The position numbers and the translations under genes were made by a program. 64,000 nt of DNA from positions 25,653-89,652 of the forward strand of contig DASZVQ010000079.1 in assembly GCA_035547275.1 (NCBI GenBank). Direction: 5' to 3'. Below the pieces are notes generated by a model. It made no database searches, was not told where the DNA came from, and worked only from the letters and a program-made list of their open reading frames with translations. This stretch comes from Rhizomicrobium sp. GTDB lineage: Bacteria; Pseudomonadota; Alphaproteobacteria; Micropepsales; Micropepsaceae. Within the stretch, counting starts at the first letter, position 1. Each line of letters opens with the position of its first letter. Of the stretch, positions 20,894 to 30,087 are shown piece by piece.

Positions 20894-20960
20894 CGCGCCT
20901 GGTTGGCGTTATGCCGGCCCTGCCAACGTTTTTGAGTCAATCCACGCACCCCCGGGCGGA

Positions 20961-20978
20961 CCGTCACGGCTTCTTCAT
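20961..20978 (+). promoter_or_regulatory. Putative Pho box upstream of btaA
   Basis: CCGTCAC-GGCT-TCTTCAT, a 7-4-7 repeat resembling CTGTCAT-N4-CTGTCAT; btaAB are phosphate-starvation induced in alphaproteobacteria. Confidence 0.5.
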
Positions 20979-21023
20979 GTGAGTCGGTTAGGCACCGATT
21001 GGTATCGCTGGTGTGAGGGTTGT

Positions 21024-22268
21024 TTGACAGTTGCCGCAAATGCCGCAAGGCGCACGACCGTAGCATGGCTCGACAAGGCGGTTCACCGCAGTGGGGCGCT
21101 GTCGGTGTCCGGGATGCGCGAACGTCTGTTCACCATGGCCTTCCGGGGCATGGTCTATCCCCAGATCTGGGAAGATCCGGTCGTGGACATGGAGGCACTG
21201 GCTATCCAGCCCAACGATCACATCGTGGCAATTGCTTCGGGCGGCTGCAATGTTCTCAGTTATCTGATCAAGAATCCCGCCCGTATCACCGCGCTCGACC
21301 TCAATCACGCGCACATCGCCTTGAACCGGTTGAAGCTTGTGGCGGCGCGTGCCCTGCCGTCCTATGCGCAATTCGCAAATTTCTTTGCGCGCGCCAATCT
21401 GAAATCGAATGTCGCTCTGTTCGATGACTATGTCGCCAGCCAGTTGGATGGCGAAACGCTGCGGTATTGGCAGGAGCGCGATATCTTCGGGCGGCGGCGC
21501 ATCAGCGTATTTGCCAGGGGGTTCTATCGGACGGGGCTTCTGGGGCGCTTCATCGGCGCCGCGCATCTGATGGGCCGAACACTGGGCGTCGATGTGCAAG
21601 CCGTCGCCTCGGCGCGGACCTTGGAGGAACAACGGGACATCTTCGACAAGACCATCGCACCGGTGTTCGATCATTGGCTGCTGCGGCGGGTCCTGAAAAG
21701 CCCCGCGTCGCTCTATGGCCTTGGCATTCCGCCGGCCCAGTTCGCCGCGCTGGCGAACGGGCATGAGATGTCGCAGGTGTTGCGCCAGCGGGTGGAAAAG
21801 CTGGCCTGTGCCTTCCCGATGCACGAGAACTATTTTGCCCGTCAGGCCTTCGGCCGCGACTATTCCGTGTCGGGGGGCGGGGTCCTGCCGCCCTATCTGG
21901 ACGCTGAGAACTTCGCCACAATCCGGGCGCGCTGCGATCGCGTGGATGTTCGCCATGAGTCGATGACGCAGTTCCTGTCACACAGACCCGACCGTTCGGT
22001 GAACGGTTTCGTGCTTCTGGATGCGCAGGATTGGATGAACGACCGGCAACTTACGGATCTTTGGCGCGAGATCGACAGAACCGCCGCTTTTGGCGCGCGC
22101 GTCATCTTTCGCACGGCTGCCGACGAACGCCTGCTGCCGGGCCGCATACCGACGGAAATTCTCGATGCCTGGACCTATCACGAGGCACAAAGCAAGTCAC
22201 TGAATGCCCGCGACAGGTCTTCGATTTATGGCGGGTTTCATCTTTATACGCTGGAAGCTGCCACATGA
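21024..22268 (+). CDS. btaA: SAM:diacylglycerol 3-amino-3-carboxypropyl transferase (betaine lipid DGTS synthesis, DUF3419)
   Basis: VYPQIWEDP.VDM, IASGGCNVLSYL, LYGLGIPPAQ, LLDAQDWM, DRSSIYGGFHLY. TTG start after GAGGG (start uncertain). Confidence 0.93.
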   Translation: MTVAANAARRTTVAWLDKAVHRSGALSVSGMRERLFTMAFRGMVYPQIWEDPVVDMEALAIQPNDHIVAIASGGCNVLSYLIKNPARITALDLNHAHIALNRLKLVAARALPSYAQFANFFARANLKSNVALFDDYVASQLDGETLRYWQERDIFGRRRISVFARGFYRTGLLGRFIGAAHLMGRTLGVDVQAVASARTLEEQRDIFDKTIAPVFDHWLLRRVLKSPASLYGLGIPPAQFAALANGHEMSQVLRQRVEKLACAFPMHENYFARQAFGRDYSVSGGGVLPPYLDAENFATIRARCDRVDVRHESMTQFLSHRPDRSVNGFVLLDAQDWMNDRQLTDLWREIDRTAAFGARVIFRTAADERLLPGRIPTEILDAWTYHEAQSKSLNARDRSSIYGGFHLYTLEAAT

Positions 22269-22909
22269 GTGACGCATCGGTGAAAATGGATGCGATATAT
22301 CAGGTCCAGCGGCACTTCTATGATTTGACCCGCAAGCCCTATCTGCTCGGCCGCGATATTCTCATCCATGAACTTGCCGTGCCTTCATCGGGTACTGTTC
22401 TGGAGATCGGGTGCGGGACCGCGCGAAATCTCCTGCGCATCGCGCGGCGCTATCCGTCGGCGCGCTGCTTTGGGATTGACGTTTCATCCGCCATGTTGCG
22501 AACCGCCGCCGCGTCGATCCGGCGGCAAGGTCTCGGCCACCGTGTTCGGGTTGAACCGGCGGACGCCGCGACCTTCGATCCGCAACGTCTTTTCGGCGTG
22601 GCGTGCTTCGACCGCGTCGTGATTTCCTATGCCTTGTCGATGATGCCCGAATGGAAGGCGGTGCTCCAAAAGTCGCCGCAACTGCTTGCGCCGAAGGGAA
22701 GCTTGCACGTCGTGGATTTTGGCGACCAGGCGGAATTGCCGGGCTGGTTTCGGCGGGGGCTCTTCGCATGGCTGGCGCGATTTTCCGTTACGCCGCGCCT
22801 GGACCTTGGCGAACACCTGAACATGCTGGCAAGCGCCGCGAATCGGTCCTGCCGTTTTCGCAAGCTTTATGGGGGATATGCGGTCGTGGCGGAGCTTCAT
22901 CTCCAGTAG
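22265..22909 (+). CDS. btaB: SAM:diacylglycerylhomoserine N-methyltransferase
   Basis: MDAIY..QRHFYDLTRKPYLLGRD, LEIGCGTARNL, SYALSM, LHVVDFG; ATGA overlap with btaA. Confidence 0.92.
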   Translation: MSDASVKMDAIYQVQRHFYDLTRKPYLLGRDILIHELAVPSSGTVLEIGCGTARNLLRIARRYPSARCFGIDVSSAMLRTAAASIRRQGLGHRVRVEPADAATFDPQRLFGVACFDRVVISYALSMMPEWKAVLQKSPQLLAPKGSLHVVDFGDQAELPGWFRRGLFAWLARFSVTPRLDLGEHLNMLASAANRSCRFRKLYGGYAVVAELHLQ

Positions 22910-22978
22910 CCGCGACGCATTCTCGCATTGCCTACGGCCGATGATCGACGGCCGGGCCGCCACTTGGACAAGCCTTGA

Positions 22979-23641
22979 TCAGCCTTTTTCCGGTTCGCTG
23001 GAGCGGCCGTAATATTGCGTTCCCAGGACAATGGGTCCGCGGCCCTGCGCGCGGCGATGCTGATTGGTGTCGCGCAAGGAATAGACGCAACCGCAATATT
23101 CCTGCTGGTAGAACGCTTCGCGCTTACTGATCTCGATCATGCGGGCCGAGCCGCCGCCCTTGCGCCAGTTGAAGTCCCAATAGGTGAGAGCGTCATAGCG
23201 CGCCGCAGCACGCTTCCCGCAGCCATTGATCTGGTTCATGTCCTTCCAGCGCGAAATGCCAAGCGAACTGGTCATGACGGGAAAACCGTTCTCATGGGCA
23301 TAGAGCGCGGTGCGTTCAAAACGCATATCGAAACACATGGTGCATCGCGCGCCGCGTTCTGGTTCCCATTCCATACCCTTGGCGCGGGCGAACCAGTTGT
23401 CCTTGTCATAATCCGCGTCCACGAAGGGCACGCCATGTTTCTCGGCAAAGCGGATATTCTCCTCCTTGCGCAGGAGATATTCGCGCTCGGGATGAATATT
23501 CGGATTGTAGAAGAAAATCGTGTAGTCGATGCCGGACGCCGACATCGCTTCCATCACTTCTCCCGAACAGGGCGCGCAGCAGGAATGCAGAAGAACCTTC
23601 TTCTGGCCGCCGGGAGGGACCAACGTCGGACGATCAGCCAT
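22979..23641 (-). CDS. queH: Cobalamin-independent epoxyqueuosine reductase QueH (DUF208)
   Basis: [36 protein letters not shown] motifs. Confidence 0.92.
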   Translation of the reverse strand: MADRPTLVPPGGQKKVLLHSCCAPCSGEVMEAMSASGIDYTIFFYNPNIHPEREYLLRKEENIRFAEKHGVPFVDADYDKDNWFARAKGMEWEPERGARCTMCFDMRFERTALYAHENGFPVMTSSLGISRWKDMNQINGCGKRAAARYDALTYWDFNWRKGGGSARMIEISKREAFYQQEYCGCVYSLRDTNQHRRAQGRGPIVLGTQYYGRSSEPEKG

Positions 23642-23731
23642 GACCAGACTCTGTAAGGGCTCGGATGCCCGCGAACAGCCGCGCGTACCGCCTGACGGGC
23701 ATTTTTGCAAGCGATAAGACGGCTTATGCAG

Positions 23732-23751
23732 ACATAACAATATCTTTATAT
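23732..23751. promoter_or_regulatory. Imperfect palindrome ACATAACAATATCTTTATAT, SahR-like operator
   Basis: Resembles the ATAAAGA-N2-TCTTTAT-type palindrome recalled for methionine genes of alphaproteobacteria; lies just upstream of TTGACT-N17-CTTAAT (23757-23785). Confidence 0.5.
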
Positions 23752-23790
23752 CATGATTGACTCCCCGGCGGCGATGCGGCTTAATCCTCC

Positions 23791-23976
23791 CGTCGTGGTT
23801 CCTTCGGTCGTGCTGATCGAAGGCTAAGAGGGAAGCTGGTGCGCCTTTCGGGGCTATGCCGGCGCTGCCCCCGCAACTGTGAGCGGCGAGTTTCTGTCAG
23901 AGGGGTCACTGATGCGAAGGCATCGGGAAGGCCGGACAGGAACAGCGACCCGCGAGCCAGGAGACCTGCCGCGACA
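23791..23976 (+). ncRNA. Cobalamin (AdoCbl) riboswitch
   Basis: AAGAGGGAAGCTGGTG, GCTGCCCCCGCAACTGT, CACTG...GGGAAGG and B12 box GAGCCAGGAGACCTGCC; lies upstream of metE. Confidence 0.95.
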
Positions 23977-24214
23977 GATAACGTCCTTGGGCGGGGTGTC
24001 CCTGTTGGCCGCATGCATCAGATAGCCGTCGGCTGTCTGCATTCTCGCACGCGCCCGCTTGGCCTTCCGTCCACGTAACTGTGGAGATCGTCATGCCGCC
24101 AATTTGCCCCATCCGCCTTGTTCCCGGCTTTGTGCCGAAGGCCGAGGCTTAGCGCGCTTTTCGAATCCCATCATCGCCAGCCGCGGTCCCCATGCCGCTC
24201 AAGAGGAACTGCTC

Positions 24215-26503
24215 ATGACCATTCTCGCCACCAACCTCGGTTTTCCGCGTATTGGCAGCCACCGTGAACTCAAGGTGGCCATGGAAACCTATTGGGCTGG
24301 CAAAAGCTCGGCCGATGCGCTGTTGAAAACGGCCGCCGGCCTGCGCGCCCGCCATTGGGTGGTGCAGCAGAAGGCCGGGATCGACCACATCCCCTCCAAC
24401 GACTTCTCGCTTTACGACCAGGTGCTGGACACTATCGCCATGCTGGGCGCGGTGCCCCCGCGTTACGGTCACAAGGGCGGAAAGGTCGATCTGGATCTTT
24501 ATTTCGCCATGGCGCGCGGCCGTCAGGATGCGCCGGCGATGGAAATGACCAAATGGTTCGACACCAACTATCACTATATTGTCCCGGAGCTGACCGCGGA
24601 TAGCGCCTTCACGCTGTCGACCAGCAAGGCCGTCGATGAGTTCAAGGAAGCCAAGTTCCTCGGGATCGCGACACGTCCGGTCCTTATCGGTCCTGTCACC
24701 TTCCTCAAGCTGGCCAAGATGCGCGATGGTTCCGACCGTTGGGCGCTGCTGCCCAGGATCATCCCGGTGTATCGGCAGGTGCTGAAGGAACTGGCGGCGG
24801 CCGGTGCTCAATGGGTCCAGATCGACGAACCGATCCTGGTGGCCGATCTCGACCAGGCTGCCAAGGACGCGTTCAACGAGGTCTACTGCGAACTGACCGG
24901 CGGCCCCAAGATTCTGCTGGCAACCTATTTCGGCGCCCTGGAAGACAATCTGCAGACCGCTATCGCGTTGCCGGTCGCCGGCCTGCACATCGATCTGGTG
25001 CGCGCCCCCGGCCAGCTGGCCGATGTCGCCAAGGCGCTGCCTAGGGAGCGCATTCTCTCGTTGGGCCTCATCAATGGCCGCAATATCTGGAAGGCTGCCC
25101 TTGTCGACGGCGAACGCCTGATCGAGGAAGCCAGGAAGCTGCATGGCGACAAGCTGTTCGTGGCACCAAGCTGTTCGCTGCTGCATTCGCCGGTGGACCT
25201 GGATACCGAGACCAGGCTGGATGCCGAACTGCGCGGCTGGCTGGCCTTTGCCACCCAGAAGCTGGGCGAGATCGCCGCGCTGGCCGGCGCCGCCAATGGC
25301 ACGCGGGACGGCGACTATTTCCGCGCGAATGCGCTGGCCGTGGGGTCGCGCGTGACTTCCAAGCGTATCCAGGATCCGGCGGTAAAGCAGCGCCTGGCGG
25401 CGGTCACGCCGGACATGGCGCAGCGCAACATCCCGTTCAAGGACCGCATCGCGCTTCAACAGTCCATTCTCAATCTGCCGCTGCTCCCCACCACCTCGAT
25501 CGGTTCGCTGCCGCAGACCAGGGAAATCCGCGAACTGCGGGCCTCGTTCAAGAAGGGCGCTATGGACCAGGCCTCCTACGAAAGACAGCTGGAAGAAAAG
25601 ATCGCCGAGGCGATGCGTTGGCAGGACCAGATTGATATCGACGTGCCGGTGCATGGCGAATATGAGCGCAACGACATGGTCGAGTATTTTGGCGAACAGT
25701 TGAAGGGCTTCGCCTTCACCGAACGCGCCTGGGTGCAGTCCTACGGCTCGCGTTGCGTCAAGCCGCCGATCATCTTTGGCGACGTGTCGCGCCCCGCTCC
25801 CATGACCGTGCGCTGGACAGAGATGGCCCAGAAGTACACCAGAAAGCCGGTCAAGGGCATGCTGACGGGTCCGGTGACGATCCTGCAGTGGAGCTTTGTG
25901 CGCGACGACCAGCCGCGCAGCGAAACCTGCAAGCAGATCGCGCTGGCCATCCGCGACGAAGTGCTCGATCTGGAAGAGGCTGGCGTGAAGATTATCCAGA
26001 TCGACGAAGCGGCGCTGCGCGAGGGCCTGCCGATCCGCAAGTCGCAATGGCAGGACTATCTCGACTGGGCCGTCGAGTCGTTCCGCCTGACCGCCGGCGG
26101 CGTGAAGGCCGAAACCCAGATCCACACCCATATGTGCTATTCGGAGTTCAATGACATCATTGCGGCGGTCGCGGCGATGGATGCCGACGTGATTTCGATC
26201 GAGACCTCGCGCTCGGCGATGGAACTGCTCGATGCGTTCGTGGCGTTCAAATATCCCAACGATATCGGCCCCGGTGTCTATGACATCCATTCTCCGCGCG
26301 TGCCGAGCCAGGAAGAAATGGAAAACTTGCTCAACAAGGTGCTGGATGTCTTGTCGCCGCAACAGCTTTGGGTCAATCCGGACTGCGGCCTGAAGACCCG
26401 CGGCTGGAAGGAGGTCGAGCCGGCGTTGATCTCCATGGTCGCGGCCGCCAAGAATATCCGCAAGCGGCTGGAGGCCACCGACGGTCGTCCCATGCGCATC
26501 TAG
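24215..26503 (+). CDS. metE: Cobalamin-independent methionine synthase
   Basis: NLGFPRIG, MTKWFDTNYHY, WVQSYGSRCVKPP, IHTHMC (Zn), WVNPDCGLKTR; GAGGA RBS. Confidence 0.97.
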   Translation: MTILATNLGFPRIGSHRELKVAMETYWAGKSSADALLKTAAGLRARHWVVQQKAGIDHIPSNDFSLYDQVLDTIAMLGAVPPRYGHKGGKVDLDLYFAMARGRQDAPAMEMTKWFDTNYHYIVPELTADSAFTLSTSKAVDEFKEAKFLGIATRPVLIGPVTFLKLAKMRDGSDRWALLPRIIPVYRQVLKELAAAGAQWVQIDEPILVADLDQAAKDAFNEVYCELTGGPKILLATYFGALEDNLQTAIALPVAGLHIDLVRAPGQLADVAKALPRERILSLGLINGRNIWKAALVDGERLIEEARKLHGDKLFVAPSCSLLHSPVDLDTETRLDAELRGWLAFATQKLGEIAALAGAANGTRDGDYFRANALAVGSRVTSKRIQDPAVKQRLAAVTPDMAQRNIPFKDRIALQQSILNLPLLPTTSIGSLPQTREIRELRASFKKGAMDQASYERQLEEKIAEAMRWQDQIDIDVPVHGEYERNDMVEYFGEQLKGFAFTERAWVQSYGSRCVKPPIIFGDVSRPAPMTVRWTEMAQKYTRKPVKGMLTGPVTILQWSFVRDDQPRSETCKQIALAIRDEVLDLEEAGVKIIQIDEAALREGLPIRKSQWQDYLDWAVESFRLTAGGVKAETQIHTHMCYSEFNDIIAAVAAMDADVISIETSRSAMELLDAFVAFKYPNDIGPGVYDIHSPRVPSQEEMENLLNKVLDVLSPQQLWVNPDCGLKTRGWKEVEPALISMVAAAKNIRKRLEATDGRPMRI

Positions 26504-26557
26504 CGTGACGGCCTGCGAAAAGCGCTGGTCCGTTCGGCGGGCGGAACGGCATTCGGC

Positions 26558-27313
26558 TCATCGCCTGCTGCTGGAAGCCGATTTCAGGGCCGCAACGATA
26601 TGCTCACGCAAGACGGCCTTGATCATCTTCACCCGGGTTTCGTCCAGTTCGCGCCAGCCGATCTCGCCCAATGCCTTTTCGCGCATGCTGAAGAAAGCGG
26701 TGACCTGGCCCATCAGGGTAACGACACGGATTCGGGTCTGCACATCATCGGGCTTGCGCCCGGTGATGCGGCCGATCAGGCTCCGCAACAAGGTCTTGAC
26801 CTCGCTGCGGAAGCACCGGTCCAGAACGGCCTCGGCGTCTTCGGCGCCTTTCTTTTTTCGCAAATCCTCCCATGCCATGAAGCGGGACCAGGACTCGATC
26901 TCGTCGCGCGGCAGAAGCATGCCGTCGGCCGCGCGTTCCACCAGTATCCAGACACATTCGATCAGTGTCTCGGTGTCAGGCTTTTGGGCCAGCATGGCGC
27001 GCACCTTTTCAAGCGCCGGCGCCCATCGGGCGCGGCCAAGTGCCGCCATATGCTCGGCGCATGCAAGATAAAGCCCGTCCTTGCCGTCAAAATAATATTG
27101 CAGGGCGGGCGCGTTGACGCCGGCGCGGGCGGCAATGTCGCGGGTGGAGGTTTGCTCATAGCCACGCTCGCCAAACAGCGCCAGCGCCGCCTGGATGATG
27201 CGTTCCCTGGTTTCCTCGCCGCGGGCATAGCCGGTATTCGTTGCCCGGCGATGCGTTTGCGCGACGGCCGTCGGTGGGATCTGCGCGGCCTTGGCACGGG
27301 CGGTCTTCTTCAT
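26558..27313 (-). CDS. TetR family regulator (CecR/YbiH-like)
   Basis: TetR HTH (IIQAALALFGERGY..TSTRDIAARAGVN...LQYYFDGKDGLY), divergent from the efflux operon. Confidence 0.9.
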   Translation of the reverse strand: MKKTARAKAAQIPPTAVAQTHRRATNTGYARGEETRERIIQAALALFGERGYEQTSTRDIAARAGVNAPALQYYFDGKDGLYLACAEHMAALGRARWAPALEKVRAMLAQKPDTETLIECVWILVERAADGMLLPRDEIESWSRFMAWEDLRKKKGAEDAEAVLDRCFRSEVKTLLRSLIGRITGRKPDDVQTRIRVVTLMGQVTAFFSMREKALGEIGWRELDETRVKMIKAVLREHIVAALKSASSSRR

Positions 27314-27365
27314 TGGCTTCTTTATGGGCGTCTTCGGTTATCTCCCGGACCCCGGTTTATAGCAT

Positions 27366-27410
27366 TTGACAGACTTATACCAGCCGCTATAAATCGACCA
27401 GGTGGTATAA
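27366..27410 (+). promoter_or_regulatory. Sigma70-like promoter with TetR operator
   Basis: TTGACA (27366)-N16-TATAAA (27388); inverted repeat TTATACCA (27375) / TGGTATAA (27403). Confidence 0.6.
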
Positions 27411-27425
27411 ATCTGCGAGGCCGCG

Positions 27426-28517
27426 ATGGCGCAAGCACAAGACAATCCGGCGCCCCGACCGTCGCCCCTGCAAAATCCCCGCACCCGGCGCATTCTTTTG
27501 CTCGCGGGCATGGCCTTGGGCGTGATCGCGCTGGCCTGGGCGGTGGAATGGTTCGTGCGCGGCCGCTATCTGCAAAGCACGGATGACGCCTATCTGAAGG
27601 CCGATGCCGTGACCATCGCGCCCACGGTATCCGGCTATGTCCAGCGCGTCTTTGTGGGCGACAATCAGGTGGTAAAGGCCGGCCAGCCGCTGCTGCAGGT
27701 CGATACCCGGACGTATAACGCCGCCCTGGCGCAGGCCCAGGCAACAGTGGATGCGCGGCGCGCCGATCTTGAGCGCGCCAGGGCCGAAAGCGACCAGCAG
27801 CAGGCCACCATCGCCCAGGCCGCGGCACAGCTGGCGGTGTCTGCCGCGGCGGCCCGCTTCGCCGCGGAGCAGGTCGATCGTTATACGCCATTGGCGGCCA
27901 GTGGCGCCGATACCCATGAACGCCTGGACCAGTTGAAGGATACCCGCGATCAGGCGCTTGCCACGCAAAAGGCCAATGCCGCGGCGCTGCAATCCGCTCG
28001 GCGCCAACTCGTCACGCTGGCGGCGGCGACCGCCCAGGCCAAGGCCCAGTTGGAAGCCGCGCAAGCCAGCCTGCATCAGAGCCAGATCGATTTGGGGCAT
28101 ACCCTGATCCGCAGCACCATTGCCGGCCGGGTCGGCGATCGCACCGTTCGGGTGGGTCAGTATGTCCAGCCCGGCACCCGGCTGATGAGCATCGTGCCGG
28201 TGGAACAGCTCTATATCACCGCCAATTTCAAGGAGACCCAGATCGGGCGCATGCGTCCGGGTCAGCCGGTCGACATCGGCGTGGATGCGCTGCCAGACGC
28301 GCATATCCGGGGCAATGTGGAAAGCTTTGCGCCGGGCACGGGCGCGCAATTCGCACTGCTGCCGCCGGAGAATGCGACCGGCAACTTCACCAAGATTGTG
28401 CAGCGCGTACCCGTGCGCATCAGCGTCGAAGCCAGCGAAGCCGCGCGTCGGATACTGGTGCCGGGTCTGTCGGTCACCGTCACGGTCGATACCAAGTCCG
28501 GCGAGGATATCCGGTGA
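27426..28517 (+). CDS. HlyD/EmrA family membrane fusion protein
   Basis: STDDAY, ANFKETQ, FALLPPENATGNFTKIVQRVPVRI. Confidence 0.93.
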   Translation: MAQAQDNPAPRPSPLQNPRTRRILLLAGMALGVIALAWAVEWFVRGRYLQSTDDAYLKADAVTIAPTVSGYVQRVFVGDNQVVKAGQPLLQVDTRTYNAALAQAQATVDARRADLERARAESDQQQATIAQAAAQLAVSAAAARFAAEQVDRYTPLAASGADTHERLDQLKDTRDQALATQKANAAALQSARRQLVTLAAATAQAKAQLEAAQASLHQSQIDLGHTLIRSTIAGRVGDRTVRVGQYVQPGTRLMSIVPVEQLYITANFKETQIGRMRPGQPVDIGVDALPDAHIRGNVESFAPGTGAQFALLPPENATGNFTKIVQRVPVRISVEASEAARRILVPGLSVTVTVDTKSGEDIR

Positions 28518-30079
28518 GCACCCATCAGGACGCACCCGACGCGACGCTGGGCGACTGGCTGGCTGTTCTGGCCGGCGCGGTGGGCGCGCTGATGGCAACA
28601 CTGGATATCTCGATCACCAATTCCGCGCTGCCCCAGATCCAGGGCGAAATCGGCGCCAGCGGCACCGAAGGCACCTGGATCGGCACGGGCTATCTGATTG
28701 CCGAAGTGGTGATGATCCCGCTGGCGGCCTGGTTCACCCGTGTTTTCGGCCTGCGGAATTTTCTGTTCGGCTGCGCCACGCTTTTTACGCTTTTCTCCAT
28801 CGTCTGCGGTGTCGCGCACAATCTGCCGGAAATGATCATTGGGCGGGTAGGGCAGGGCTTTACCGGCGGCGCCCTCATCCCGACCGCCCAGACCATCATT
28901 GCCACGCGGCTGAACCGGCGGCAGATGCCTGTCGGCATGACGATGTTCGGCCTGATCGTGCTGCTTGGCCCCCTGCTGGGTCCCGTGGTCGGGGGCTGGC
29001 TGACCGAGAATGTCAGCTGGAGCTGGTGCTTCTTTCTCAATATTCCCGTCTATGCGGTTCTGGCGGCGCTGCTGCTGCTGGGCCTGCCGCCCCAGCCGAT
29101 GCATCTGGAGCTTCTGCGCAAGGCCGATTGGGGTGGAATTCTGGGCATGACGCTGGGGCTCAGTTGCCTCACCACGGTGCTGGAAGAAGGCCAGCGCGAG
29201 CGCTGGTTCGAATCCTCGTTGATCACATATCTGGCCATCGCCTCGGCGCTGGGCTTCATCCTTCTTGCGGTGTCGCAGGTCCTGGTGAGAGAGCCAGTAC
29301 TGAAGTTCAGGCTGCTGCTGAACCGCTCCTATGCCAGCGTGATCGTAATCGTGGTGGTGGTGGGTTCGGTGCTCTATGGCGTGCTCTATGTCATGCCGCA
29401 ATTCCTCGCCAATGTGTCAGGCTATAACGCCTTCCAGTCCGGCACGGTGCTGCTGCTGTCGGGCATTCCCGCCTTCCTGGTCATGCCGGTGCTGCCGCGG
29501 CTGTTGGCCCGAATGGACATCCGGTTCATGGTCATCAGCGGCCTGTCCCTGCTGGCGATCAGTTCCTTCATGGACACGCATTTGACCCCCACCAGCGATG
29601 GCGGCGACTTCGTCTGGTCGCAATTGCTGCGCGGCGCCGGCCAGATGCTGGCGATGATGCCGCTGAACCAGGCTTCGGTTGGCGCGGTGGCCAGGGAGGA
29701 TACCGGTGACGCGGCGGGTCTCTACAACATGGCGCGCAACCTGGGCGGCTCGCTGGGGCTGGCATTGCTGGGCGTATTCATCGATCGGCGCGTGGAGCTG
29801 CATGGCGATGTGATCCGCGAAGCGGTCAGCGCCAACTCGCCCCTGGCGCAGGAGCGGATCGCCTCCAACGCCGCCAGCTTCGCGGCGTCGGGCGGCGACC
29901 TGGCTTATGGCCAGATGCAGGCGCTCAAGCAGCTGGCGGTCCAGATCGACCTGCAGGCCCTGGTGATCACCTATGGCGAGTGCTTCTGGGCGCTCGGCAT
30001 TGCGCTCGTGGCCAGTATCCCGCTGGTGTTTCTGCTGCGGCCGCCGCGTGGGCGTGCCCCGTCAACGGCTGCGCATTGA
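28514..30079 (+). CDS. DHA2 (EmrB/QacA) MFS efflux permease
   Basis: About 14 TM, LDISITNSALP, GRVGQGFTGG, GPVVGGWLTE..SWSWCFFLNIP. Confidence 0.92.
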   Translation: MSTHQDAPDATLGDWLAVLAGAVGALMATLDISITNSALPQIQGEIGASGTEGTWIGTGYLIAEVVMIPLAAWFTRVFGLRNFLFGCATLFTLFSIVCGVAHNLPEMIIGRVGQGFTGGALIPTAQTIIATRLNRRQMPVGMTMFGLIVLLGPLLGPVVGGWLTENVSWSWCFFLNIPVYAVLAALLLLGLPPQPMHLELLRKADWGGILGMTLGLSCLTTVLEEGQRERWFESSLITYLAIASALGFILLAVSQVLVREPVLKFRLLLNRSYASVIVIVVVVGSVLYGVLYVMPQFLANVSGYNAFQSGTVLLLSGIPAFLVMPVLPRLLARMDIRFMVISGLSLLAISSFMDTHLTPTSDGGDFVWSQLLRGAGQMLAMMPLNQASVGAVAREDTGDAAGLYNMARNLGGSLGLALLGVFIDRRVELHGDVIREAVSANSPLAQERIASNAASFAASGGDLAYGQMQALKQLAVQIDLQALVITYGECFWALGIALVASIPLVFLLRPPRGRAPSTAAH

Positions 30080-30087
30080 GGTTTCCC

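Noticed and set aside
24149-26362. 737-aa antisense ORF over metE (similarly 59533-61440, 11237-12853, 19458-20843, 37355-38731)
   Set aside because: Shadow ORFs caused by GC3 codon bias on the opposite strand of clear genes; no recognisable motifs.
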